Below the pieces are notes generated by a model. The model was not told the origin of the DNA and ran no database searches. It saw nothing but the letters and a program-made list of their open reading frames with translations. Shown piece after piece: positions 50,291-64,000 of a stretch of 64,000 nucleotides of DNA (position 1 is its first letter; each line of letters begins with the position of its first letter). The stretch spans positions 79,732,001 through 79,796,000 of the forward strand of contig OX597820.1 in assembly GCA_951406725.2 (NCBI GenBank), read 5' to 3'. Source of the stretch: Octopus vulgaris (lineage: Eukaryota). Both the position numbers and the translations under genes were made by a program.

Positions 50291-52971
50291 AACACTAATT
50301 ATTAATAGGAAAATGTGAGTGTCTTTATATTTGAGATCACATGTATAGTAGGGACGACAAAGCGAGTAAAATCGTCTGCTTTCTGTTTAACTGTCGACTG
50401 CTTCAATACCTTCTGTTTTACAACTACCATTTCATTGTTTTAACATGTTGAGGTCCTAATGGCATAAACCAGGTACACTACTTCAAAATGTTCACCAGAA
50501 TCGCCTTAGCACGCTACCAGTTTGTCCTCAGATCAATTGATGCCTGAAAAAGACGAGTAATTATATAAACTGAGAATTTTTCCATAGCAGTGTAGTCATG
50601 ATTTCATTCTTAGTTTTTGTAGTAGAAATAACAATGGAAAAAGTGTTAACTCAGTTGTGTATATTAACGTGTGCTTAACAACAATGAAATAATTCTGAGA
50701 AAAATAAGAAAGGATTAATCGAAAGATGAATCACTCTTCCTGTTTTCAAATACTATTTCTCTGTAGATGCAGTAGTAATTCATTGACATAAATCTGATGC
50801 TAAACAATGATTTAACTTAATCACAAGTCCAGAACGAAAACTGAACGACATGCTGGCTCCTTATTAGCATGCATAACGGATACAATCACATCAGTTGTAG
50901 ACAAATTGTGACAAAATATATTTATTTCTGGATGACAAAAGATCATTTAATATTGATTTCACGAACATTGTAAAAGTGATTAGAAAATACATTACGTATG
51001 GCGGTAGATGGTCTTTGATTAATGTGACTGATGCATGTTATCAGTAAAGGACAAAATAAGTTGTCTACAATAAGTTATAGTTCGGATGTGTCTGCAAAAT
51101 CTTCCAGTAAACGGTATTTTTACACAAAATAACAGACGTCCTTTCAAATTTATTTTTTTTAATCATCACTTTCCATTCACATAATTCAACGAACCAGATT
51201 GAATAACAGGCGCCTTGGTCATATTTTCTCGGAACAGAATTGTCTTCAGCGAAATATTCTGAAATAGAAAGTGTTATTAATTCGATAAGACAAACTGAAA
51301 GTGTTACTTGGAACAAAGCAATTATTTGGAGCCCGAAGCTAGTTATTTGAATCGGAGAAAAATTACTTAATTTCGAGCTGCAGACTAAAGCTACAACTAA
51401 GTACAGCTACAGGCTACATGTGTAACTTTTTGGTTCAGCTTTAATCTTGAGGTACATATAAGAGAATTTGAAATGATCTATTTGAAGCATAGAAGCTACA
51501 AATGAAAATGAGACTTCATGTATATTTCAGGCTAAAATATTTTGCCATAAAACTGTTTTAAAATAAACACAGATTCTATAGTGTCTGTTGAATAATTTGT
51601 CTTACCTAAGCCCTGCAGATGGGATAGCAACAGCGAAGCACAGCTGGCAATATCTACTGCAACAGCATCACCACTTCATGGGGCTCTTCCCCCAGGCATG
51701 ACTTCTTCTCTCCATTTCGAAGGGAAAGAGTGTTTGTCCGAATACTGATGACGTCAATGACTTCAAAAGGGGACCGGAGCGAAAAGGAGTTTGTCCGACA
51801 ATGACTTCTACTTAGTCATCTTCTTCCCCCACCCTGCGTAGCGGATGGCAATTCCTGGGCTTATGGTCGACGTGACAAGGTTGGTACCGGAGATTTTCTT
51901 AGTCTTGCTGTTGTCAAGGCCAACTGGCTTCGATTGTGACGAGATATCAACAGCGTCGAGACTCCTTTTATTAGCATCGTTCAGCACTGCCTGGCAAACG
52001 AAACTTCGCGCACTGTGACGACAAGAGAGTGGACTCTGGTCAAATTTGTCGACAGTAGCTCTACATAAATATTTTTATAGTTCACACACTTGGAGACTAA
52101 AGAGCACTGTTCGGCAAAAAGAGATCGATAGAATAAGTACTAGGCTAACAAAGATTAAGTCCTGGGGTCGATTTGCTCCAGCATAGCCGCAGTCAAATGA
52201 CTGAAACAAGTAAAAAGGAGTAAAGAGTGAGAGAACATCACAGTTAAAACATATCAGAAAAGTTAATTAAAAGTTAAAGAAAAACCGACAAGTCATAACT
52301 TATAAAGAAATGATTGAAAACTCGTTATATATTGAATGATCTATACTTTGTTTTATTCCATTCACCTTCTTTCTTTCCGTCGTTTACGTTTGGTTGCTTA
52401 TGAGTTAAAGCTAAAGCAGAAGTTTCTTCTCGAATCTGTTGTAGTAAACAGAAGCCAAAAGACAACCGAGGCTACGCTAATACACTACACTGCTGTGGTG
52501 ATGGCAATATATTCCTTCATATGCAAGAACAGAACGTAGGTTTGAAATGTTTTTATTTTAGAAATAAGCCTGCTATAATCGTGTCTTCAAAAAATTTCTT
52601 TGTTGCTGCAGTGGGAGGCAAAGATTTCTTGTAGTGTCTAGAAAAAAGAAAAAAAAAAAAAGACCGAAAACAAAACAGAAACAGCTTTAATGCACGGATT
52701 TAAATACTCAGTTCTAACATGTAAGAATGTAAAAAGGAAATAAAAATGAAATTATTCAGAGGAGCTTTATATAAGGAAAATTCAGAAGAAAGAAATGAAA
52801 TCGCCTGCTTAAGCTATCTGTTTGCGTAAACTATTTTCTGTTCGTCTTTGTGTGAGAAAACAGTCGTCTAAATTAAGTTCTGGCCATTTTCTTAAAGAGT
52901 TAAAAATGTTCGACACCTCGGGGGAAATATTTCGACGTTTCCTTCTGTATTTGACTGGATATACAACAAAC

Positions 52972-53305
52972 AGGAAGAAAGAGAGGGAAGCGAGAAGGAA
53001 AGGTAGAGTGAGAGGGAAAGAGAGACAGGGAGAGAGGGAAAGCGAGAAAGAGAGGGAGAGCGAGAAAAAGAGAGACAGAGGAAAAAAGAATGAGAAAGAG
53101 AGGAAAAGAGAAAGTAAGAGAGGGAGAGACAAAGGGAGAGAGAGGTAGAAAGAGAAGGAGAAAAAGAGAAGAAGAGTGGAAGAGAGAGAAGGAAAAAGAG
53201 AGAGGGAAAGAGAGGCAGAAAGAGAGAGAAAGTGAGAGAGGGAGAGACAGAAGGAGAGGAAGGTAGAAAGAGAAGGAGAAAAAGAGAAGAGAGAGGGAGA
53301 GACAG

Positions 53306-53336
<31 letters not shown>

Positions 53337-53368
53337 GATAAAGAGAGAAAGAGAGAGAGGAAAGAAAA
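52972..53368. repeat. AG-rich polypurine tract
   Basis: Direct reading. Confidence 0.9.
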
Positions 53369-53826
53369 CATCGACACAAGTACTTATTTTTTTTAAAGCC
53401 TCGTACTTATTCTATTTTTTGTCCAACCGCTACGTTACAGGACATAAACAAACCAGCGACGGTTGTCAAGTGGCTGCGGGTGACAAACACAAAGACACAA
53501 AGCACACACAAATACATAGGCATATACAGATACCGGGCCACGAGTATTCTCTTCACTAGACTCTACATTCCTTTAACCTTTTACTTGTTTCACGTAATGA
53601 ACTACGGCCGTGCTGGAGTACCTGCTTACGGATTTTTAATCGAATATATCGATCCCTTTATTTAGTCTGGCACACGCTTTATCGATCACTATCGTATGGC
53701 GCCGAGGAGAGTAATTCAATGTAACTCAGAACATATATGGGACACATTACCTTTCTTCGTTGAACCGATTTTAAACCGTACATACATACGTAGATACATA
53801 CATACATACATACATACACATATATA

Positions 53827-53868
<42 letters not shown>

Positions 53869-53969
53869 TAGTAAATTAAAAAAAACGAAGAGCAAGCACA
53901 AGAAGCAACAACGCGTGGACGTGGTACATGTAAAGTATTAGCAGACGCTCAGGGAAGGAAAGAAAGATG

Positions 53970-54005
53970 GTTTAGCGTTTCGAGCAGACGCTCTTCTTCA
54001 GAAAC
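53970..54005 (-). ncRNA. Ultra-minimal hammerhead-like motif, NUH mutated
   Basis: gttt-CTGAAGA-a-gagc gtct gctc-GAAA-cg-CT-aaac; lies in pLTR fragment 53865-54058 next to (TA)n. Confidence 0.62.
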
Positions 54006-54392
54006 AGAGAAGTACAATACAAAAAGGAAGAAAAATCGCCAACGATTCGCTTGTGGTTATATATGCATGCACACACATACATACACATACACACGCACAC
54101 ATACATACACACGCATACATACATACACACGCATACATATACACACGCACGCATATGCACACGCACACACGCACGCATATGCACACGCACACACGCACAA
54201 ACACACGCGCACCCCCACGATAATGTCGATCAATGGAAATAAGTGCTCAACACCGCATTGGTGGGCGAATATACTTTATTTGTCGCTTAACAAATCTACC
54301 AATGGTTTCGTGTGAAGAGATTTTCCGAACTGTTCAATCGTGCCACATGAAAGTGTTGGAACTCCACTGGTATCCCTGTTAATCCACAAATA

Positions 54393-54433
<41 letters not shown>

Positions 54434-55249
54434 CATACATACATACATATATACATACATGCATACATACATACATACATACATACATACATACATACAT
54501 ACATACATACATACATACATACATACATACATTGTGTGTGTAAAAGGTAATTCGTTTATTTTGAATATTGTTGAAGATAAACTTCTGGATAATCAATCCT
54601 GTCACCCAGTTTCGATTCCCAGTTTCAGCCATTTCACTCCAACTATGGCACTAATGTCCACGAATAAAGTCATAAATGTAACAACGTAAAATTATCATTA
54701 AAACAAATCTCACTAAAAAAAAAAAATACATGACAAAAAAGAATAGGTAAACTTTATTCCTAAAAATATAATTTAAAAAAAAAGTGGAATGAATATTGGC
54801 TTTTGACATTGGCGCCCGCCTACAAATCTCGACGGTGAGCAAAGCCGATAACATGCTGTCATTATGAGAGTGATTTTTATCGACTCTGGAAAGATGAAAG
54901 TAAAGTCGACTCTGCAGGGATTTGGACTGGATGTGTGGTGAAATACTAAAACAAAGTTTGAGGTGGAACTATAAACCGTCAAACTAGCTTAGTTCTATAT
55001 CCTGAGATCAAATCCTGCATGCAGCGGTTTCATATACTTATCCGTGGTCATATGTGAATGAAGGAAATATTTCATTTTATAATAATAGACTTGTTTTTCC
55101 TCATCGTAATAATCTATGTCTCAAAATAGTTTTGAATATGTTTTTGTTGTTTATCTCCAGATCCTTCCAGGTCGAGCAGGTCTATGAGCAAATGCATTTC
55201 TGACTGTGGCCTTCCGCTCTGTTTTCACACATAATGGTTCATGATGTGC

Positions 55250-55520
55250 AATAGAAACAACATAAGTTTAAAATCGCTATTTACCTATAATAACGTAGAT
55301 ACATGACAGAGAACCAAATTAACTGCGGTATTCGTCCAGAGATAATATCTCTTATTGACGTTCTGTGTTAAATACCACATAAGTATATCTGATATATTGT
55401 TGTGTTATTTAACACTGTAACAGATGCACATCAGAACGAATACCGCAGAATTTTGGCTTTCCATGATGTATCGGCATTAAGTATTACACACTAATTGCTA
55501 TTTCACACATAATGTTTCTG
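55250..55520. mobile_element. Old fold-back/MITE-like element
   Basis: ctgcggtattcgt vs acgaataccgcag; gtgttaaata vs tatttaacac. Confidence 0.5.
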
Positions 55521-56289
55521 AGGCTACATTATCTAGAGTGTCTTTCATTTTTATGGTGGTAGTGTAAATTTAATTGAAATTTAGATGTTATTTCTAGAAA
55601 ATTTGGGACTGGAGAGAGGGAAGGAATCCCCCTCATTGACTCTGAATTTTTGTTTCATTCAGAATTGTGACGCCTGCCAACACAATCTGGGCTGTGAGAT
55701 AAATTCGTTGGGTTTTTTCCTACTGGTACTCCATCAGCAATATCTGAAAAGAGGTAAAATTTACTTCAATTTCTAAAACGACAAACGAAAGTTGTAAAGG
55801 AAGAATAGAGCTCTAAAATCCCCATAAACGACTACGATAAAAAATTTTTTTTCCTGTTCGTTGAAATAACTTTGGAATTAACTAAAATAAATGTGGGATG
55901 GGGGACCGAACAAATTTATATTATTTTCATTTCCTTTTCTTGCATTTTCGTTCCGAGTGGAAATCCAGCTGGGTTCTACGTTGCATTTCGTCTCTCCATG
56001 GGCGATAAAATATATACCGGTCATTTACTAGGAACATATTCATTTGGCAATAACCTTTTTTCTGCAAATGTGGTATCTTTGTACTTTTGTACCACTGTCG
56101 AACATCAATAATTTGAAAATGTAGGCGAGATAGGGGCAAACCGAATACTACTTCTGCGTTTATTTTTCGGAGTCAAAAATTTACTTCACCTCTGTTATTG
56201 AAATGCTAAAGAATAGCATACTATGCACATTCATCTCTTTTGGCCATTTTTTAAAGATGCCTGTATAAGAAATCAGTCACCTATTCACT

Positions 56290-56465
<176 letters not shown>

Positions 56466-57329
56466 TTTTTCGATGTATGTATTTATGAATCTAATTATCT
56501 ATTTCCAAAGGAAAGAAGTAATTAATTGTAGTATCCTAATTTCAAAAGAAAAATTCCATTTGATTCGTTATGCGTGCATGCACAATATATTGATTATAAG
56601 AAAGTAAAAGGAAACTGAAATTCATAATTTTTTACATCAATTACATTTTTATTCAATTATCTTAAAACATTTCCTTAAAATCTCTTGTTAAAAAAATATG
56701 AAATATATTCACGTCAACATTGAATATAAATTTCATAATTTCTTTTGACGAATACATTTGTATATTTAATAAATTACCATAAGACATAAAAAGAAAAAGA
56801 GTTTGTAGTGATTCTTATTGGTTAATTCTTCACAAGCGCATTGGTCTTTGTTCTGTAATGTAAGATTTTGTAAACCGTTTAATTTTAGCATCATATATCC
56901 TGGTATTTGTTGTGTGTATAAAGATTCTATAAATCGTTCAAATTTAGCATCATGCATATTGCATTACACGACGCATTACGGTGTCTGCAGCGTAGAATTT
57001 TACTATTTTAATTTTAGCGTATATCAGACATGATAGTTTTCCAGCTTTTGTAAAGATGAAGAATTTGGTAAATTGTTTAATCATTGCATAATATAACATG
57101 ATTTTATTTTAGTATCATGCAAATTTAGCCTTATGATTGTTCTGCAGTGTAAAATTTTATATAATATTTTTTTAAAATCTTAGCATATGGCATCATATTT
57201 TGGTTTCTGTAATACAGAATTTTGTTACCCGTAAAATATTTGGCATCACACAACATTGTATCTCTTTTAAGTAGGATTCCTCTTTTAGTATTTACTCATT
57301 TCGGTCATGCTAGAAAGTCCTTTCAACGG

Positions 57330-57768
57330 TTTAATTAATCAAAAGTTGGTTTCATTGCTCTTCATCGAACTCAATTAGACGGCCAGAATGAGGTGCGTCT
57401 TTGAGGTCAAAATTTCCATTTTTGAACTTGGCATACCAATCACGAACGGTTCTTTCCGCTTTGGCACAAATGTCACAGCATAAATGTCACGAGCAGCTTT
57501 TGCGGACTTAGAACCTTGATTAAAAGCAATAAGAAGGCGGTGTCGAAAATGCTCGTTTTCCTTAACTTGACATTCCATTTCAATGATCTGAAAATAAACA
57601 AAAAATTAACTGAAATTAACTAGAAAAAACAAACAAAACAAAACAAAATAGATTCCAAAGTGATTCAAAAATAGAATTCTCGAAAAAAAGAAAAAGATTC
57701 CAAAATTTAAAAATGCAATAAATTTCAAAATTTAAAAAAACGGCGGGAACTTAGTTGCCAACCCAATA
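57330..57768 (-). mobile_element. mariner transposon 5' end (TIR plus N-terminal HTH), truncated
   Basis: TIR tattgggttggcaactaagt; MECQVKENEHFRHRLLIAFNQGSKSAKAARDI then, shifted, ERTVRDWYAKFKNGNFDLKDAPHSGR. Confidence 0.85.
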
Positions 57769-58165
57769 CATACATGTGATTGTTTCTCTCGTCGTAAACG
57801 ACAAATAAAGGGTCAGTAAAATAAAGTGGCAATCATGTTCTATGGACACGAATGTGTCTCTTGAGGCCTGCTGGTGCCTTGCAAACCAGTCGGCAACTAG
57901 AATAAGTTGAGGACTCAGGTTGGTCGAGTGTTTGTGGATCATTTAATATGTGTTTTCTTAAGGGGACAGCAACGCTTGATTTGCTTCGTGCTTTTATGTT
58001 TGTGCGAAGTTGGACCCAATGCTAGAGTCGACTTTGCCCAAATCTTTGAAGCAAGAAGCAGGACTGGAGCCAAAAAATGGGCTGGCGCTTCGTCTAGCGG
58101 AGGATGGAGTGAATATATACGTCACAGAATACGGGAATTCGTTAGAGACCTTTTAGCCTTTTGAT

Positions 58166-58249
<84 letters not shown>

Positions 58250-59483
58250 GTATGTATGTATGTATGTATATTAATAGTTATCGCCAAACTAATATGGCAG
58301 TCCATAAATATAAGACTAAAGCTGTCGCTGATTAGCTCCAAGAGGCCATCGCCTCTAGCTAGCTATATGAGACACGAACCTGCGTGTTAATTAGCGGTCT
58401 GACACAAAAAGAACGATAGACGTACCACACGTAATATACTTTGTTCAACTAAAATCCTTGAAGACGGTGTTCCATCTTGGCCACCGTCCAACAACAGAAA
58501 CATGTAAAAGATAAAAGATGTATTCATATAAATTTGTAACGAATCTATGAAAATGAATACTGAGAATGTATGGATGTCTCTAATTGCTCAAAAACCAAAG
58601 AGGTTCTTTGCTGTGTCGAAATGTTCTGACTGGCGGTTATAATTATTCTAACATCAAAATACTTTCACGTTAAAACTTGAAATGCATTATTTACAATTAA
58701 TGTTCACGTCTAACCGTATGCATGCATGCATGCATGCATGCATATATGTATGCATGTATGTATGTATGTGTATTTATGTGTGTTTGTGTATGTATGTGTA
58801 TTTATGTGTGTTTGTGTATGTATGTACGTACGTATGTATATATATATATATATGCGTATGTGTATGTATGTATAATTGTGTGTATGTATGTATGCATGCA
58901 TGGATGCATGTATGTATGCATGTATGTATGAATGTATATATGTATGTGTGTGTATGTATGCATGCATGTACAAGCATATATATATATATATATGCTGTGT
59001 GTGTGAGTGTGTGTGTGTACATGTTATCAGCCAACTTTTTATAGAGTCCTTACGATTATGGGGCTTGATATACATACATATAGACGTACATATATATGTA
59101 CGCACGCACACACGCGCACATATATACATATAAATGCATTTTTATGTATATACATATGCACTCACATATGCATGTATATATACATATACATACAAACACA
59201 GATCCACAGAGACAAATACATATATTGACAAAATAAACGCCTTGCCGTGATAAACTATATTTCCTTGTGCCAAAGGACTTCATTAGGGAACATTCTGGGA
59301 GCTGTAAACACAGAGAAAATATAAAATCTGGGTTTTTATTGCAGCAATTAATTTAATATGAGAACCCTAAAACACGTCCATGTTACCAAACGCTTTGGGT
59401 TATTGCATAAAGAATTGGTCATGTATAGAATTGATGTATGACACGTTCCTAGTTTTTGTGTTATTTATATTCGAGGTTGTGAT

Positions 59484-59550
<67 letters not shown>

Positions 59551-59553
<3 letters not shown>

Positions 59554-59945
59554 ACAGAAAGAGAGGAATTTCGATTATCCCCATATGGTGAGTTGTAATA
59601 TATATAAGAAATTAAAGAAGGAAAATCTACACACTTTACATAGTTTTAATATAACTTTTAATATATCTTGTACTGTTTTTGTCGACTGGTTTCGCTTTCG
59701 CTATTCATGACATTAAAATTTATTTAAACAAATACTTTCTTAAGAAAGCTTTCGGTCCATGATGTGTGTGAAATTTATGATTTAATGAGTCAAGTAGAAA
59801 ACTAAGGGGAGGTAATTGGTTATCGTTATTATTGTGGGCAGTGCGATAACTGTTCAGTTTGATAGGGGGTGGGGAAATATATATAGATATACACAGAAAA
59901 GTTAGTTATGCTTGCATATTTAGACGCGTTCTGTATTTTTCGATG

Positions 59946-59947
<2 letters not shown>
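59551..59947 (-). mobile_element. Short PLE-like insertion between two (TA)n tracts
   Basis: About 400 bp of unique sequence flanked by (TA)n, carrying an HHR-like fold. Confidence 0.6.
59680..59712 (-). ncRNA. Minimal type I hammerhead-like ribozyme, A3:U8 core
   Basis: tgtc-ATGAATA-gc gaaa gc-GAAA-ccag-TC-gaca; GNRA-capped stem II; GUC site. Confidence 0.72.
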
Positions 59948-60024
<77 letters not shown>

Positions 60025-60059
60025 TGTATGTATGTATGTATGTATGTATCAATGTATAT

Positions 60060-60252
60060 ATATTCTTTTACTTGTTTCAGACATTTGACTGCAGCCATGG
60101 TGTAGCACCGGCTTTAGTCGAACAAATGACCCCAGAACTTATTCTTTGCAAGCCTAGTACTTATTCTGTCGGTCTCTCTTGCCGACCTGCTAACATCGGT
60201 TGTTAAGCGATGGTGGGGGGAAAACACAGACACAAACACACACACACATACA

Positions 60253-60284
<32 letters not shown>

Positions 60285-60440
60285 CGACGAGCTTCTTTCA
60301 CTTTCCGTCTACCAAATCCAATCACAAGGCTTTGGTCGGCCCGAAGCTATAGTAGAAGACCCTTGCCAAAAGTTCCACGCAGTGGGACTGAACCCGGAAG
60401 CATGTGGTTGGGAAGCAAGCTTCTTACCACGCAACCACTC
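60060..60440 (-). mobile_element. SINE family B
   Basis: Reverse complement colinear with 7424-7830. Confidence 0.85.
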
Positions 60441-60910
60441 ACACACACACACATACACACACACACACACACACACATGTATATATATTCGCTCTAACCT
60501 CTGATAGACGGAACGCTGGTCCATCTTTGGCAGCTGTGTGGAATGGAGCAACATGAAATGAAGTGTTTTGCTCAAGAACACAATACATTGTCCAGTCGAG
60601 GAATCGAAACCACAATCTTACAATCGTGAGTGAAACACCCTAACGAAACCGACGATGCGTTGTTGTCTGGAACAAAACACTTTACAGCCACTCAGCTGTA
60701 AATGGCTACAACCTGCGTTGGGTCAGCGTTCCGTTCAGGGGGATTGTGGGCCTACTCGGTCAGCGAGCGGGATGGCATTATTCGAAAACTATACCATTGC
60801 TTAGTAGCGTAATTTGATCAACCGTGGATAACATGTCCTAGTCAGGTCAATAGAGTGGTACTGTGACATATACATTCATACATACATACATACATACATA
60901 CATACATACA

Positions 60911-60942
<32 letters not shown>

Positions 60943-60978
60943 ATATAAATAATATATATGTGTGCATATATATATATA

Positions 60979-61014
<36 letters not shown>

Positions 61015-61129
61015 ATGCATATATGGGTACTTGACGTCACCAACAGTAAACAACATGAAATACGAAAACAAATGAGTTCAATACGCAAACAACGAGAGAA
61101 ACAAATGGAAAACAGGACAAGTAACATAA

Positions 61130-61870
61130 AGAACGCAAAACTGACCGAGTCACCTCTATTTTTATTATTATGGATTGCATCTTGCAAATTCATGTAAGGT
61201 TTTTCGCTCTGATTTTCTTCTGATGACTTCTAATACGGCACACTCTTTCCGGCTGCACCTTTGCAAACTGGTGGAAGAGAGTTTGATGTCATGCAGATGG
61301 TTGAAGGGATTATTTCAAACCTTGGAGTGATCGGCATAAACATATTTGGAAGGATTTGACTTCATCCCGGGGCAGGGGGATGTATTCAACTTGCCCTCCC
61401 CCCAAACTGGTCTACATGTTTCTAGTACTTGAAGGCGGCGAGCTGGCAGAAACGTTAGCACGCCGGGCGAAATGCTTAGCGGTATTTCGCCTGCAGCTAC
61501 ATTCTGAGTTCAAATTCCGCCGAGGTCGACTTTGCCTTTCATCCTTTCGGGGTCGATAAATTAAGTACCAGTTGCATACTGGGATCGATGCAATCGACTT
61601 AATCCCTTTGTTTGTCCTTGTTTGTCCCCTCTATGTTTAGCCCCTTGTGGGCAGTAAAAGAAATATATGTTTCTAGTACTATTTTTTGCTTTGTCGGACT
61701 CGTCGGTGCCTGCGGTCTTACAGAACGTTTTGTTCATTTGCACTGAAGTATGATGTCTTCTTTACCACGTGGCTTTCCACTTACGATGACATTGCCTTTA
61801 GGAGCAACGAAGCATCATGCATGTTCTCCAGATGGTCTTTGTTTTCATTAATGACCATTTGAATCTACTT
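61130..61870 (-). mobile_element. Possible decayed piggyBac-like transposase remnant, interrupted by a SINE
   Basis: Broken frames giving KVQPERVCRIRSHQKKIR and GNVI/KWK-like pieces; weak. Confidence 0.3.
61430..61666 (+). mobile_element. Monomeric SINE family A, 14-bp TSD
   Basis: TSD atgtttctagtact at 61416-61429 and 61667-61680. Confidence 0.9.
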
Positions 61871-62214
61871 AAAAATAAAAAAGTAAAGATTCCAATACAT
61901 AACTTGTCTTCTCATGAACCGTCTCTTTCTACCCATCCCACTCTATCTTCCGATAGTTGCAGTTTCCCTTCCCTCTCATTCTATTTTTTATCTCATATCC
62001 CCTATCTTCTATCATTTGAATTATACACTCACCGCTTACATTTGCAAAGCCACATCCGTTGTTTTTTACAGAGCAATTGTATTTTTATTACTGCATGTGT
62101 CTTTTGAAAAAGGAAAACCTACATCTGGATGCGGGTGAAATTTGCTCTGACGCACACAAAATTTGACTTCCCGCTTCAAATAATTTCAAAGAAAGTAATT
62201 AGGACGGACAAATA

Positions 62215-62992
62215 ATATTTTCTACTCTAAGCATAAGGTACGAAATTTTTGGGATGGGGGCCAGTCGATTAGATCGACTTCAGTATGCAACAGGTGCTTA
62301 ATTTATCGACCCCGAAAGAATGAAATGTAAAGTCGACATCGGCGGAATTTGACTTCAGAATGTAGACAGACGAAATAATCCTTTCTACTATAGACATAAG
62401 GCCTAAAATTTTGGAGGAGAGGACCAGTCGATTACATTGACCCCAGTGTTTCACTGGCACTTAATTTATCGACCCCCAAAAAATGAAAGGCAATGTCAAC
62501 TTTGGTGGAATTTGAACTCAGAACGTAAAAATGCTAAGCATTTTACCCAGTGTCCTAACTATTCTGCCAGCTCACCGCCTTAAATAAAATCTTTTTTCTA
62601 CGCTAGGAACAAGGCCCAAAATGTTTGGAGAGGGGTCCAGCCGATTAGATCGACCCCAGTGCGCAAATGGTACTTCATTTATCGACCCCGAAAGGATATA
62701 AGGCAAAGTCCACCTCGGCGGTATTTGAACTCAGAACACGAAGACAGATGAAATACCTATTTCTTTACTGCCTACAAGAGGCTACACACAGAGGGGGCAA
62801 ACAAGAACAGACAAACGGATTAAGTCGATTATATCGACCCCAGTGCGTAACTGGTACTTATTTAATCGACCCTGAAAAGATGAAAGGCAGAGTCGACCTC
62901 GGCGGAATTTGAACTCAGAACGTAGCGGCAGACGAAATACCGCTAAGCATTCCGCCCAGCGTGCTAACGATTCTGCCAGCTCGCCGCCTTAA
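62215..62992 (-). mobile_element. Head-to-tail array of about four family A SINE units
   Basis: aatttatcgacccc...gaatttgaactcagaa-type motif recurs near 62300, 62465, 62680 and 62865. Confidence 0.85.
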
Positions 62993-63062
62993 AGAGACAG
63001 ACAAATAATGGTAGAAAGCAGTGAGGTGGGTTAGTGGAAGTAAGAAGTACGGGTAATATAAG

Positions 63063-63110
<48 letters not shown>

Positions 63111-63643
63111 CTTACAATGGAAAGCAAAAAGAGGCCAAAAGTTTAAACTCAAAGCTCATAAAGAAGTTCATAATGGGCATGCACAAGACATACATACATA
63201 CATACAGACATACAGACATACACACACACACATACATACCTACACACATACATACCTACACACACACACACATACACACACACATACACACATACACACA
63301 CACACACACATCCATAAACGCATACGCACACACATGCATACACACACACACACATACACACATATTACAAAGCTTGCGTGTGCGTGTATGTGTGTATGTG
63401 TGTGTGAGTGTATGAAGAAAGGAAATGTTTTTATGTTATTGCTTTTGACATGATTTCTCTATATTTGTTTTAAAGTGTGAAGTGCAGAGAAGTCAATGAA
63501 CTGCTTTGAAATTGTCTTGAAAAGGAAACAGGAAAAACAAAGACAAAACAAAGCAAAAATGAAATTTCCAATGGAATAGATGACAGATGATGGATGACGT
63601 GTAATTGACTTCACTTCGCGATTTATATACATGCATATATATT

Positions 63644-63683
<40 letters not shown>

Positions 63684-64000
63684 TCTTCTTAGGCTTGTTG
63701 GTAATTATGTTCATTTAGATCACAAAGATAGCCACTTTGTAGCACTAGATGAGAGATAGTTAACATACAGCTAATTATGAAGGCAATGTTTTGAAATACA
63801 AGTGATAAAATACATATTTTATCAACGATAACTTCTTTCAAGGTGACTTTTCCAGGTAAACAACTCAGATACGTATCGTGATGAAGGCCTTGATTTATCA
63901 AGTTTACTTTAGCTTATAAAGTTTATATTTTTCTCTAAATTTATCTTTAATAAACATTAGGACAGTAATTAACCAAGCAGTAATGCCGAAATATTAGGTG

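Noticed and set aside
54292-54340. Minus-strand GAAA-ccattgg-TA with upstream UUGAACA as a complete hammerhead
   Set aside because: The 3:8 bases would mismatch and stems I and II do not pair; counted only as a half-motif
61408-61712. Hammerhead split by the SINE insertion (CCGACGA...GAAA-catg-TA on minus)
   Set aside because: Stem I does not pair, and the flanks look like decayed transposase sequence rather than a pLTR

Overview
AT-rich, repeat-saturated eukaryotic DNA. The SINE families and microsatellite load resemble coleoid cephalopod, probably Octopus, genomic sequence (from recall, not a search). No host protein-coding gene is recognisable, and most ORF-track entries are microsatellite translations. 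The window holds four tRNA-derived SINE families; decayed RTE, CR1/L2 and R4-clade LINEs; mariner, Helitron and Helentron-type remnants; and many Penelope-like elements (PLEs). The PLEs include a near-complete Neptune-type RT/GIY-YIG element with ~650-bp inverted termini (13996-19798), a 5'-truncated Naiad-type element (25746-29010), Neptune fragments and about ten short non-coding derivatives next to (TA)n tracts. The main signal is RNA-level: about 14 complete or near-complete minimal type I hammerhead ribozyme (HHR) folds plus several half-motifs, read by eye. Their cores show all four Watson-Crick combinations at the tertiary 3:8 pair (CUGAnGA, UUGAnAA, GUGAnCA, AUGAnUA). Most have a palindromic stem III, many lie in tail-to-tail fold-back insertions, and the intact copies are mostly on the minus strand. 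Catalytic activity is inferred, not shown, and element boundaries are approximate.
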